DNA of 30,976 nt from a virus (lineage: Duplodnaviria > Caudoviricetes), in the IMG/VR virus record IMGVR_UViG_3300034105_000371, positions 1 to 30,976 of that record; one strand, written 5' to 3'. Position numbers and translations under genes: made by a program. Shown here piece after piece: positions 16,952 to 24,818 of this stretch (its first letter is position 1; every line of letters starts with the position of its first letter). A model generated the notes under the pieces. That model was given only the letters and a program-made list of their open reading frames with translations. It did not search any database and was not told the origin of the DNA.

Positions 16952-18024
16952 TATACTACATCGTTTATAAGGTTAAAAGCACAATCAAATTCTATTTCGT
17001 AATTAATCATTTTATCTTTTAAACTTGTTTTTAAGTCTGTACTTGTAGTTTTTAATTCAACAGGTTTTCCATCTAATAAAATAGTTTCTGATAATAATAA
17101 ATCAGTTATCAAATCAGAATAGTTTTCATCAACCCAACCTGTATTTAATTTTATACTTTGTTGTCCGTTTATATTAAATGATTTTGTTTGTGCTTGTGAT
17201 GGATTATAATTAGACGCTGAAGGCATCATTCTATAAGTTGAACCTTTTGTATTAATAGTATTAGTTTGTGCTTTAAAGAACGTTAAAAACTGCCATCCAC
17301 CTTTACGATTAATATAAGAACAAACAACTGGAGTGTATTTAGGTTCGCATATTGGCTTAACTGTAAACGTAAATAGCTTTAAACTTGTGTTATTATCTAT
17401 AATTGTCAATAGACTATTATCATCAAATCGTGCCAAATCCAAAGTAATCGGAATTGTATAGTTAAATAATCCAATCGTGTCAAAATCATAGCTCACAATC
17501 GCTCCAGTTAGTGGTGTATACTTTACTTTTATGCTTTCAGTATCTGAATTATTATCAAATAATAAATTAATATAGGGATATGGTTTTGACCTATCGTAAT
17601 AGATTACTTTTGACTCATCAGCCAAAGCGATAACTCCTAAATTTGATTCATAATTTAATCCATCTTCATATTTAGTAAATCCATTTGAAGCGATATAACT
17701 CGTAGTATCTAATAAAGTATCAACTCCAGATATTGTTTTATATCTTTTTACTTTTACATTAGTAAGCATTTTATAACTTTCTTGGTCAATTGCACTTCGT
17801 TCAGAAATAGGAATAATATTATCTATGTATTCTCTAACGTAATTTGATATATTAAAACTTAATTCTAATTGTGTTGTAGAAGGAATATCTTTTGATAATG
17901 TATATGTTGGTTCAGTTGGTTCTGTCATATCATTATTCCAAATATATAATTTTACTTTTGCCCCTGTTTGTCCTGTTTCATCTACTGAAATCATATAAGG
18001 ACTTCTTACAAATATTAAATTCAT
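16951..18024 (-). CDS. Putative distal tail (Dit-like) protein
   Basis: 357 aa with RSPY, CEPKY.P...YINRKGGWQ and LNTGWV motifs, coupled to the hub gene. Confidence 0.5.
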   Translation of the reverse strand: MNLIFVRSPYMISVDETGQTGAKVKLYIWNNDMTEPTEPTYTLSKDIPSTTQLELSFNISNYVREYIDNIIPISERSAIDQESYKMLTNVKVKRYKTISGVDTLLDTTSYIASNGFTKYEDGLNYESNLGVIALADESKVIYYDRSKPYPYINLLFDNNSDTESIKVKYTPLTGAIVSYDFDTIGLFNYTIPITLDLARFDDNSLLTIIDNNTSLKLFTFTVKPICEPKYTPVVCSYINRKGGWQFLTFFKAQTNTINTKGSTYRMMPSASNYNPSQAQTKSFNINGQQSIKLNTGWVDENYSDLITDLLLSETILLDGKPVELKTTSTDLKTSLKDKMINYEIEFDCAFNLINDVV

Positions 18025-18536
18025 TTTATATCTTTTAGTGTATATTTTAATAATTCTTCTACATCTAATGCGAAAGACTTTTCTAATTCTTGGTTTATAT
18101 ATTTATCATATCCTTCGTTAAAAGGTTTTGTAAAAAATAAACTTGGCTTAATTCCGTATAGAAATATCTTTCTTGCAATAGCAAATTTTAATCCTTCTCT
18201 TGATAGAAACTTTCCGTCTTTTCCTCTTGGTGCTATTCCTTTTTTAACTACCCATTTATCTAATGCTTTTGTTGGTGGCATTTTGTTTTTAAACGAATAC
18301 GGAGTAGCGTAAACTGTTTTCTTTCCAGATACCCCTTTGTCTTGAAACATTCCGTAAACTGGCATTGTAAAAGCCATTTCAAAGCCATTCTTTGTAACTT
18401 TAACATAAGATTTATCTAATTCTTTTGATAAATTACCTGATGAATTCTTTGCAACAAGATTATATTTAGCTTTTTTAACTACATAGTCTCTAAAGTCTTG
18501 TAAACTTTTATATGTATTTGTTTTATTCATTAACAA
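18021..18536 (-). CDS. Putative neck/tail completion protein (HK97 gp10-like)
   Basis: Basic, with SSGNLSK, YGMFQDKG and GIKPSLFF motifs. Confidence 0.55.
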   Translation of the reverse strand: MLMNKTNTYKSLQDFRDYVVKKAKYNLVAKNSSGNLSKELDKSYVKVTKNGFEMAFTMPVYGMFQDKGVSGKKTVYATPYSFKNKMPPTKALDKWVVKKGIAPRGKDGKFLSREGLKFAIARKIFLYGIKPSLFFTKPFNEGYDKYINQELEKSFALDVEELLKYTLKDIK

Positions 18537-18985
18537 ATAGTCATTTCATTAGCTACTTGAATATCAAATGTAACTGTCCAACCTGCTATTTTGTTTTCAA
18601 ATCTATCTATAAATGGTTCAACTGAAGGACTTCCTGTTAATTGATAACCATTGTCGTACATATCACCTCGTCTAACTATTTCTAAAACTCTATTGATAAC
18701 TGCTAATTGTGTATTTAAAACATCTTGTTCATTATCATTACCTACAAATATATCAATAGTTTCTTCTTTAGATTCATCTACAATATCCATACATAAAACT
18801 GATAGATTAAATTGCCAAATGTTACCTAAATAGGTAGCGTTGTTTACCATTATATGTGACAATGGGAATATAGTTTGTTTGTTTAAATCAACTTTAAATA
18901 TATCACCTAATGTAACTGTGTTTACAAATACATCTAATTCTAATTGGTCTTTAATTGCTGTTGTAACGTTATAATATCCTTTCAT
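18530..18985 (-). CDS. Putative tail terminator protein
   Basis: Acidic 151 aa with FPLSHI and EPF.DRFEN..AGW. Size and context fit. Confidence 0.5.
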   Translation of the reverse strand: MKGYYNVTTAIKDQLELDVFVNTVTLGDIFKVDLNKQTIFPLSHIMVNNATYLGNIWQFNLSVLCMDIVDESKEETIDIFVGNDNEQDVLNTQLAVINRVLEIVRRGDMYDNGYQLTGSPSVEPFIDRFENKIAGWTVTFDIQVANEMTIC

Positions 18986-19724
18986 TATTTTCTTTTTATC
19001 ATATCCATTTCTAATTCATTCTTTTGTTTCTCAAATGTTAAATACGTTAAACATTGATGTAAGGGTAATTTTGTTGTGGTATCAAATTCTCTAACGTTTC
19101 CTTGACTAAGAGCATAGATGCTTGAATACCATCCCCACCTTTTTCCAAATTGTGCTGATTTAGAATAGTCTGAATCTCCTGATTGTTCTCCAAATAATTC
19201 AGAGTAGACTTCAACAATTCGTTGCCTAAATTGTAAAAAAAAACCGTAGCACCTAAAACTACATCTAAAGGTGCGTGTTTCATTACATCGCTATATGTTA
19301 TACTTCCTTTGTATTCTTCTATTGAATAAGTATGTTTAAACTTTTGATTAATAGGTCTATAAAGTACCGCCATTGCTTTATGCATATTATCCCAATCACC
19401 GATGTATGTATCAAGGTCTACATATTCTCCAAATGATATTTCTTCCAGGTTCGGAATAAAACCGAACTCAACACCACCTAATGTAAATCTTTGAACTAAT
19501 TTATGTTCTTTAGAAAACATTGCACCAAGTCTATTAGTGATTTCATTTACTTCAGAATATTTAATTTGTGCTACATCTTTTAAGTCTATACCACAAAATA
19601 ACTGTACCATCTTTTGTTGTAAAAATTCTCCTTCAGGATTATCTTTAGCAATAGATAAAAACTTTTGATATTGAACTAATTTAATTTCGTTTAATTCAGT
19701 TGGTATTTGAATCTCTAACTTCAT
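18985..19724 (-). CDS. -1 frameshift product (GT-like, about 246 aa) of the tail assembly chaperone
   Basis: Slippery G-TTTTTTTTT at 19235-19244. The -1 frame is open for 83 codons (LQFRQRIVEVYSELF...FGKRWGWYSSIYAL...DMIKRK). Its TAA overlaps the next ATG (TAATG, 18983-18987). Confidence 0.75.
19047..19724 (-). CDS. Putative tail assembly chaperone (G-like, zero-frame product)
   Basis: 225-aa ORF containing the V-F-F slippery site. First gene of the tail operon. Confidence 0.65.
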   Translation of the reverse strand: MKLEIQIPTELNEIKLVQYQKFLSIAKDNPEGEFLQQKMVQLFCGIDLKDVAQIKYSEVNEITNRLGAMFSKEHKLVQRFTLGGVEFGFIPNLEEISFGEYVDLDTYIGDWDNMHKAMAVLYRPINQKFKHTYSIEEYKGSITYSDVMKHAPLDVVLGATVFFYNLGNELLKSTLNYLENNQEIQTILNQHNLEKGGDGIQASMLLVKETLENLIPQQNYPYINV

Positions 19725-19741
19725 ACAAATTTTTTATTAAT

Positions 19742-19763
19742 AATAAAATAAAGTTATAATTGT
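19742..19763 (-). promoter_or_regulatory. Putative late promoter ACAA-N13-TTATT
   Basis: ACAA ttataactttatt TTATT between a terminator and the tail operon start. Confidence 0.65.
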
Positions 19764-19780
19764 ATTAAACGTATTAAAAC

Positions 19781-19808
19781 AAAAAAAGACCTACATTTCT
19801 GTAAGTCT
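19781..19808 (-). terminator. Rho-independent terminator with GAAA tetraloop
   Basis: AGACTTACA-GAAA-TGTAGGTCT plus T run. Confidence 0.88.
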
Positions 19809-19937
19809 AATTTGAGTATATATTTGCTATTGGTAATATACTATTGCAAGTACATTCTTATCTTGCACCTTCATTCGTGAGTTATCAGATACTCCAATGA
19901 TTGTTGCTGTACTACCTGAATCAAGCAACTGCTATCT
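19781..19937 (-). ncRNA. Candidate structured ncRNA / structured 3' UTR (four tandem hairpins plus terminator)
   Basis: No ORF assigned. Stems GTTGCT/AGCAAC, TCATT+GAGT/ACTC+AATGA, TGCAAG/CTTGCA and AGTATAT/ATATACT are packed end to end. Confidence 0.55.
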
Positions 19938-20102
19938 TTATTCTATTTCTTTAACATCTATTGCAAAAAAGTTTCTATCGTTATGTAATGAAAGAAATAA
20001 TGCTATTGATTGCTGTTCATATTCAGCTTCAATTGATTCATATACATAATCTTTTTCATTGTCTGCATATCTATACCATCCGTAAACTTCAAATGTTCTC
20101 AT
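19938..20102 (-). CDS. Small acidic hypothetical protein (54 aa, not in ORF track)
   Basis: MRTFEVYGWYRYADNEKDYVYESIEAEYEQQSIALFLSLHNDRNFFAIDVKEIE, with an A-rich leader and its own promoter. Confidence 0.7.
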   Translation of the reverse strand: MRTFEVYGWYRYADNEKDYVYESIEAEYEQQSIALFLSLHNDRNFFAIDVKEIE

Positions 20103-20127
20103 AATGTTTTTTGTTTTAAATTATAAG

Positions 20128-20177
20128 CAAATATAATACTTATGTTTTAAATAAAATACAATTAACAAATATTTAAC
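20128..20177 (-). promoter_or_regulatory. Host-type (Bacteroidota sigma70) promoter with upstream GTTAA-N6-GTTAA repeat
   Basis: TATATTTG at 20128-20135. GTTAA at 20162-20166 and 20173-20177. Confidence 0.7.
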
Positions 20178-20322
20178 TATTCAAATAAGCAGAAGCTATT
20201 AAATACATTTGCTGCATCTTTTTAATTTCTCCTATGTTTCTTGGTAGGTTAATCTGTACTTCTACATTCTTTTTGTGATGTATGTAACATTGTATTGCTG
20301 CAATCATTTGTCCGTATGTCAT
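20173..20322 (-). CDS. Small hypothetical protein (49 aa, not in ORF track)
   Basis: MTYGQMIAAIQCYIHHKKNVEVQINLPRNIGEIKKMQQMYLIASAYLNS. Confidence 0.6.
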   Translation of the reverse strand: MTYGQMIAAIQCYIHHKKNVEVQINLPRNIGEIKKMQQMYLIASAYLNS

Positions 20323-20406
20323 AGTAAAATAATATTATAATGTTATTTTGTAGTAATTTCTATTTTTAAATCTATAATTTATATCTAAAATAACAATATA
20401 TTGTCA

Positions 20407-21615
20407 TTAGTATATAAAATAGTTTCCTTTGTTTGCATTGCCTAATTGATATGTAACGCAATATCTTAATGGGTCTAAAATATGATTGTGGGCATCAATT
20501 GGAGTTTTTGACTTCTTTTCTAACCAACAATAGTTATTTAATTCTTTAATAAGATTAATTGATTCAGGTGATACTATTAAATCATAATCTTGTAATACAC
20601 TAATACCATAAGTAACAGAATCTGCTCCTTTAATTGCTGGAACTATATTTAAACCTAATGTAGATAATTCGCTAATCAATCTTGGTTCTGCTGAATCAGC
20701 AACTATTAAACAATCATTAGCGTGTTGTCTATTTAGATTGTATAATTGAGAAGTAGTTAATCCGTGAAGATAAAACCTTTCATTAATATAAATTCTTTTA
20801 TTAGCAGTATCTATATTACATTCTACTAACGTTGAAGCATCTGCTGCAAATCCGTAATCTTGTCCAAAGATACTTTTACCCACTTGTTTGTATTCTCCTA
20901 TTGTCCAGTTAGTAAATATAACTCCTTCTGCTTTATCTAACCATCCACCTAATATTTGATGTTTATACTTTTCAGGTCTACGTAATTTTATATTCTCTAT
21001 TTGATTTATAAATGAATCAGAAAGATTATCTATATTATCTAAATATGTTGTATGAATATATGTAGTATCTCCTTTTATTAAATTGCTTCCATCTTGTACT
21101 CCTTTATCTTCAAAGAATTTCTTATATATAAAATGTTCTTTTGTTGCAGGATTTAAAACTAATAAAACTCTATTGTGAATTCCTTTTGTTCTTATACTAA
21201 AATCTATCTTTTCAAATGTTTCTTCATCTGTTAATTCTTCTGCTTCATCTAATACCCAAGTAGTAACCCCAGCTAAAGATTTTAAGTTTGCTGTTTGTGT
21301 TCCACTACTTGTTTTAATACCTTTAAAGAGTATTTTAGAACCTGTTTTAAGATTTACTATTTCATCTTTAGTTATATAAAAATCGTGGCTTAAATTAGCT
21401 GTTTCAATTTTATCTATAAATTCAGGAATAATAGAAACGTTTGCAGATGTTAAAGTATAACGAGTAAATAAAATAACGTGTCCTACTTCATAAGTTAAAG
21501 TAAGTAGAAAAGAGTTCAAAGAATATGATTTCCCTGAACCTCTTCCACCTGTTATTACAAAGTATCTACTTTCAGAACCTAATAGGTTAAATTTCGGATT
21601 GATTAATATTCCCAA
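20407..21615 (-). CDS. terL: Terminase large subunit (PBSX/XtmB, SPP1-like)
   Basis: Walker A GGRGSGKS, Walker B WVLDEAEE, LNP coupling motif and RNase H-like GQDYG, ADSAEP, DAHNHILDPLRY. Confidence 0.96.
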   Translation of the reverse strand: MGILINPKFNLLGSESRYFVITGGRGSGKSYSLNSFLLTLTYEVGHVILFTRYTLTSANVSIIPEFIDKIETANLSHDFYITKDEIVNLKTGSKILFKGIKTSSGTQTANLKSLAGVTTWVLDEAEELTDEETFEKIDFSIRTKGIHNRVLLVLNPATKEHFIYKKFFEDKGVQDGSNLIKGDTTYIHTTYLDNIDNLSDSFINQIENIKLRRPEKYKHQILGGWLDKAEGVIFTNWTIGEYKQVGKSIFGQDYGFAADASTLVECNIDTANKRIYINERFYLHGLTTSQLYNLNRQHANDCLIVADSAEPRLISELSTLGLNIVPAIKGADSVTYGISVLQDYDLIVSPESINLIKELNNYCWLEKKSKTPIDAHNHILDPLRYCVTYQLGNANKGNYFIY

Positions 21616-21892
21616 CTTTAAATATGTCTTTTATATTAAAATCATTTAGATTATGCGTTGTTTCAATAATATCTTTTGGTTTACCAAATATATGTTCAGC
21701 TATAAATAACTGACCTCTTTGTGAATCCATTAAAGTATTTTTAACAAATGCTATCTTTGTTTCTTCTTCTGTATCTTTATTATAAAGTTCTCCTAATGCT
21801 TTTAAGAATATGTTATTTACTTTTTCTTCTTCTACTTTAGGTTTTCTTCCAGCATTTTTATTTCCACCATTATATTTTCTTTTATCTTCCAT
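21587..21892 (-). CDS. terS: Putative terminase small subunit
   Basis: Immediately upstream of and overlapping terL, with N-terminal NAGRKPK and C-terminal GKPK. Confidence 0.6.
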   Translation of the reverse strand: MEDKRKYNGGNKNAGRKPKVEEEKVNNIFLKALGELYNKDTEEETKIAFVKNTLMDSQRGQLFIAEHIFGKPKDIIETTHNLNDFNIKDIFKVGNINQSEI

Positions 21893-21921
21893 ATCAAATA
21901 AGTAATTATTATTGATTTAAA

Positions 21922-21943
21922 AATAAACATTTTTGTTTATTGT
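21922..21943 (-). promoter_or_regulatory. Putative late promoter ACAA-N13-TTATT
   Basis: ACAA taaacaaaaatgt TTATT upstream of terS. Confidence 0.65.
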
Positions 21944-22032
21944 TTATCAGACTTACTAATTAAGTAATACCAAAACCAAATTATCTTTGGTCTTATAAAT
22001 TCATACAATAATAATATTAATAGATATTTCAT
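21937..22032 (-). CDS. Small hydrophobic peptide (31 aa, not in ORF track)
   Basis: MKYLLILLLYEFIRPKIIWFWYYLISKSDKQ. ATG directly follows the upstream stop. Confidence 0.5.
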   Translation of the reverse strand: MKYLLILLLYEFIRPKIIWFWYYLISKSDKQ

Positions 22033-22263
22033 TTATAATAATTCATCAATAGTTATATTATGATATTCTAATAGTTCGTGAATTCTTTCAAATACTATTT
22101 CTATTCCATCTTGTTCTCCATCGTTTACTTCTAATGTATTGATTAATCCTTTCTTTGTATTATAAACTAATTCAAATATAAAGTTAGCCATATCTAATGC
22201 TTTAACTGTTGCTAAATATTCTGTATTATCTTCTGGTAGATTAAATTCTAATATTGCTTTCAT
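22033..22263 (-). CDS. Hypothetical phage protein
   Basis: MKAILEFNLPED start, common in small phage proteins. Tightly packed. Confidence 0.7.
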   Translation of the reverse strand: MKAILEFNLPEDNTEYLATVKALDMANFIFELVYNTKKGLINTLEVNDGEQDGIEIVFERIHELLEYHNITIDELL

Positions 22264-22266
22264 ATC

Positions 22267-22458
22267 TTATTCTTTATATCCTTTTTTTAATCTCATATAG
22301 TTCTTTGCTCTTTCTCTTGATTGATATAACATTCCAAGTTCAATTGATATTTCTTTCCATCCTTCTATTTCTTGTTTTATATATCCTGCTACTATGAATC
22401 TATTATATTCTTTTGAATATTTATTAAATAGTATTGTTGCTCTTTCTTTGTGTGTCAT
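22267..22458 (-). CDS. Hypothetical protein
   Basis: 63-aa ORF in a tightly packed run. Confidence 0.6.
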   Translation of the reverse strand: MTHKERATILFNKYSKEYNRFIVAGYIKQEIEGWKEISIELGMLYQSRERAKNYMRLKKGYKE

Positions 22459-22461
22459 AAT

Positions 22462-22674
22462 TTATTTGTAATTTGTTGGACAACTTATTTTATGTACTCC
22501 TTTTTTTAAGTGACAATATTCACATTCTAATTCCCAATAGTAATCACATTCTAATCCATCATTTGGTTCTTTACAAAAATATGATTGTCTATACTTACTT
22601 GGTTCTGCTTTATATCTGTAACAAGTTGAACTTAATTCGCAATTGTTACCATTGCACATTGTTATATCTGGCAT
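22462..22674 (-). CDS. Small Cys-rich (putative Zn-binding) protein
   Basis: MPDITMC...C....CYRY...C plus a CxxC...H..SC tail. Confidence 0.65.
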   Translation of the reverse strand: MPDITMCNGNNCELSSTCYRYKAEPSKYRQSYFCKEPNDGLECDYYWELECEYCHLKKGVHKISCPTNYK

Positions 22675-22676
22675 AG

Positions 22677-23183
22677 TTATAATTTTATGTTGTTATTCAT
22701 TCTATGAAATGCTTCTAATCTATCTGTTATTATTTGTTGTTGTTCTGTTCCTTCATATTGTTCCATTAGTTTATTTAGTTTATCTATTGTTTTGTTTTCG
22801 TATTGTGGTGTTTCTTTTATTTCTTTTAGTTCTTTAGTTAGTTTTAATACTTCAAATCTTAAATTGTATAATTCGTTTTCTTCTTGTGTTTCTTCTAAAA
22901 CATTTACTTGGATGAAGTTACTTAATACTTTGTTTCTAATCTTCTTTAGTTCTGGATTTGATTTCTCGTATACGTTATACATTTTTAAAGAGTGTATTAC
23001 TGTTGCGTGGTCTAAATTTAATTCTTCTCCTATTTTGTTTAATGTCTTATTAGGTTTTAATTGTTTTAGTATTGAACAGTATAAACTTCTTGCTTCTACT
23101 ACTTCTCTTTTGCGTGTTCTTACATCTATGTTTGTATCTGTTTCTAATTGTATTATTTCTTTTAATCTTTCTGTTATTTCCAT
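22677..23183 (-). CDS. Protein with DnaA domain IV-like (Bac_DnaA_C) HTH and coiled coil
   Basis: RTRKREVVEAR...L..IG..LNLDHATVIHS resembles the DnaA signature IG..FGRDHTTV.HA. Confidence 0.8.
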   Translation of the reverse strand: MEITERLKEIIQLETDTNIDVRTRKREVVEARSLYCSILKQLKPNKTLNKIGEELNLDHATVIHSLKMYNVYEKSNPELKKIRNKVLSNFIQVNVLEETQEENELYNLRFEVLKLTKELKEIKETPQYENKTIDKLNKLMEQYEGTEQQQIITDRLEAFHRMNNNIKL

Positions 23184-23392
23184 TTTAGTTTTATTTTTTG
23201 TTTGTTATTTTTACTTAAATCTGTTAGTACGTTAAAACTTATTATTTGTAATGCTAAATTTATTCCTTGACATTCTTCATATAGTTCTAAATCTTCATAG
23301 TGTTTTAATATGTTTCTTACTTGTGTTAATGTTGTTCCTCTTTCTATTTCGTATAAAGTAAGATTATAATGGTCTATTGCTTTATCATTCAT
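23174..23392 (-). CDS. Hypothetical protein
   Basis: 72 aa with ELYEECQGI. Overlaps both neighbours. Confidence 0.65.
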   Translation of the reverse strand: MNDKAIDHYNLTLYEIERGTTLTQVRNILKHYEDLELYEECQGINLALQIISFNVLTDLSKNNKQKIKLKWK

Positions 23393-24102
23393 TCAGTTTT
23401 TAGTTTTAATAAGTTCCAACATTCAATATATCTTTGCTTTGCTTTTCCTTTGTGTATTTCTTTAAATAGTTCATATATCTTTTTTGTATATTGATAATTA
23501 CTTTTGCAATCAACTAAATACTTTTCTGCAAACTTCTTTCCATATCCTTTACAATAGTTTACATTATCAGCAGTATCTCCAATAATCATTTGTTCATAGA
23601 AATTATATCTTGCTTCTTCTTCTGATATATCATAAACACATTTATGTTTAATATGATAGTTATACATCAAGCAAGGAAATTGTTTATAGTCTTTATCTAT
23701 GCTTACTATTATAACGTTATTCCTTCCTATTTCATCTGATATAGTTTTCCAGTATTTAGCTACAACATCGTCTGTTTCGCATCCATAACCCCAAATAGAA
23801 TTATATTGTTCTTTAACGTATTCGTGCATCTCATTTAACAATGGTGGAAGATTATTGTAATCTCTGTTTGCTTTATATTTTGGTGTTATATACTTTCTAA
23901 AGTTTCCTTTTGAACCTGAAAATGTTTTTACTTCATTTATTTCATAAATATCTTCTAAATGATTTATAATAGACATAAATACTTCATCAAATTTATTAGT
24001 TGCATCTTCTAAATTATAATGAAATCCATCATCTTCTATTGTTTCTCTTTTCTTGTAGCAGCTTGAAAATATCAAACTGTCTGCATCAAATAATACTATC
24101 AT
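23389..24102 (-). CDS. 5'-3' exonuclease / RNase H (T7 gp6, PolI FEN-like)
   Basis: LFDAD, NFR......YKANR, ETDD, SIDKD, GDTADNV...KGYG. Confidence 0.92.
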   Translation of the reverse strand: MIVLFDADSLIFSSCYKKRETIEDDGFHYNLEDATNKFDEVFMSIINHLEDIYEINEVKTFSGSKGNFRKYITPKYKANRDYNNLPPLLNEMHEYVKEQYNSIWGYGCETDDVVAKYWKTISDEIGRNNVIIVSIDKDYKQFPCLMYNYHIKHKCVYDISEEEARYNFYEQMIIGDTADNVNYCKGYGKKFAEKYLVDCKSNYQYTKKIYELFKEIHKGKAKQRYIECWNLLKLKTE

Positions 24103-24298
24103 CGTTTCTTATTAAAGTTAGCATATATTCCCATACTTTCATTTCTCTATTAGTAGCGTCAATCATTCTATATAAAATATCTTCTTCTAAATCAGTTTTA
24201 CCTGTTGTTATTTGATAGATTAAATCTTGTTCTTCTCTGTTTAAAGCATTTATTTTACATCTTACTTTAATGTATGCTCTTTCTTTTATTTCTTCCAT
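24086..24298 (-). CDS. Hypothetical protein
   Basis: 70-aa ORF overlapping its neighbours. Confidence 0.6.
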   Translation of the reverse strand: MEEIKERAYIKVRCKINALNREEQDLIYQITTGKTDLEEDILYRMIDATNREMKVWEYMLTLIRNDDSII

Positions 24299-24501
24299 AT
24301 TTGTATATTGTTTAAGTTTTCCATTGTTTCATCGTAATTTAATATTTGTTTGATTTCTTCATAATAAGTATCTGATTCTTGCCATTCTTTTGCTAAAGCA
24401 TCTGCTACTAATTGAAGTTCATTTCTAACATAAGTATTTTCTATTTCATTCATTAACCAAATAATGTTTTCTAATTTAATTAGAATTTCTGTTTTGTTCA
24501 T
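24286..24501 (-). CDS. Hypothetical protein
   Basis: 71-aa acidic ORF. Confidence 0.6.
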   Translation of the reverse strand: MNKTEILIKLENIIWLMNEIENTYVRNELQLVADALAKEWQESDTYYEEIKQILNYDETMENLNNIQIWKK

Positions 24502-24598
24502 CTTGTTTGATTTTAATTAATAATGTTTTTGCTTCTTGTTTTAATCTGTATTGGTATTCCCAGATTGTTTCTCGTTTTTCTGATTGTTTCTTTTTCAT
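24476..24598 (-). CDS. Small basic hypothetical protein (40 aa, not in ORF track)
   Basis: MKKKQSEKRETIWEYQYRLKQEAKTLLIKIKQDEQNRNSN, the first ORF after a promoter. Confidence 0.55.
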   Translation of the reverse strand: MKKKQSEKRETIWEYQYRLKQEAKTLLIKIKQDEQNRNSN

Positions 24599-24617
24599 AT
24601 TGTTTTTAATTGTTATA

Positions 24618-24667
24618 CAAATATAAACAAGTTATTAATACAAAATACATTTTAACATAAAATTAAC
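24618..24667 (-). promoter_or_regulatory. Host-type promoter with GTTAA-N6-GTTAA repeat
   Basis: TATATTTG at 24618-24625, TTTG at 24641-24644, GTTAA at 24652-24656 and 24663-24667. Confidence 0.75.
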
Positions 24668-24671
24668 ACAT

Positions 24672-24700
24672 AAAAAAAAACTACCTCTTTTGAGATAGCT
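24672..24700 (-). terminator. Rho-independent terminator
   Basis: AGCTATCTC-AAAA-GAGGTAGTT plus T run. Confidence 0.8.
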
Positions 24701-24818
24701 TTTCAATTATAATCTTTCTATAAACTTCATTAACTGATTCTTTATTGTTTCCTCGTTTCCATAAGAAATCCATTATCCTGTTTATTCTCTGCAGTGGTGA
24801 TTGTTTACTCTTTGCCAT
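24681..24818 (-). CDS. Small basic hypothetical protein (45 aa, not in ORF track)
   Basis: MAKSKQSPLQRINRIMDFLWKRGNNKESVNEVYRKIIIEKLSQKR. Its stop lies in the terminator stem. Confidence 0.6.
   Translation of the reverse strand: MAKSKQSPLQRINRIMDFLWKRGNNKESVNEVYRKIIIEKLSQKR

Noticed and set aside
19810-19937. tRNA, hammerhead ribozyme or CRISPR mini-array
   Set aside because: No cloverleaf or T-loop GTTC. CTGATAA lacks the CUGAnGA...GAAA core arrangement. The hairpins are not sequence repeats.
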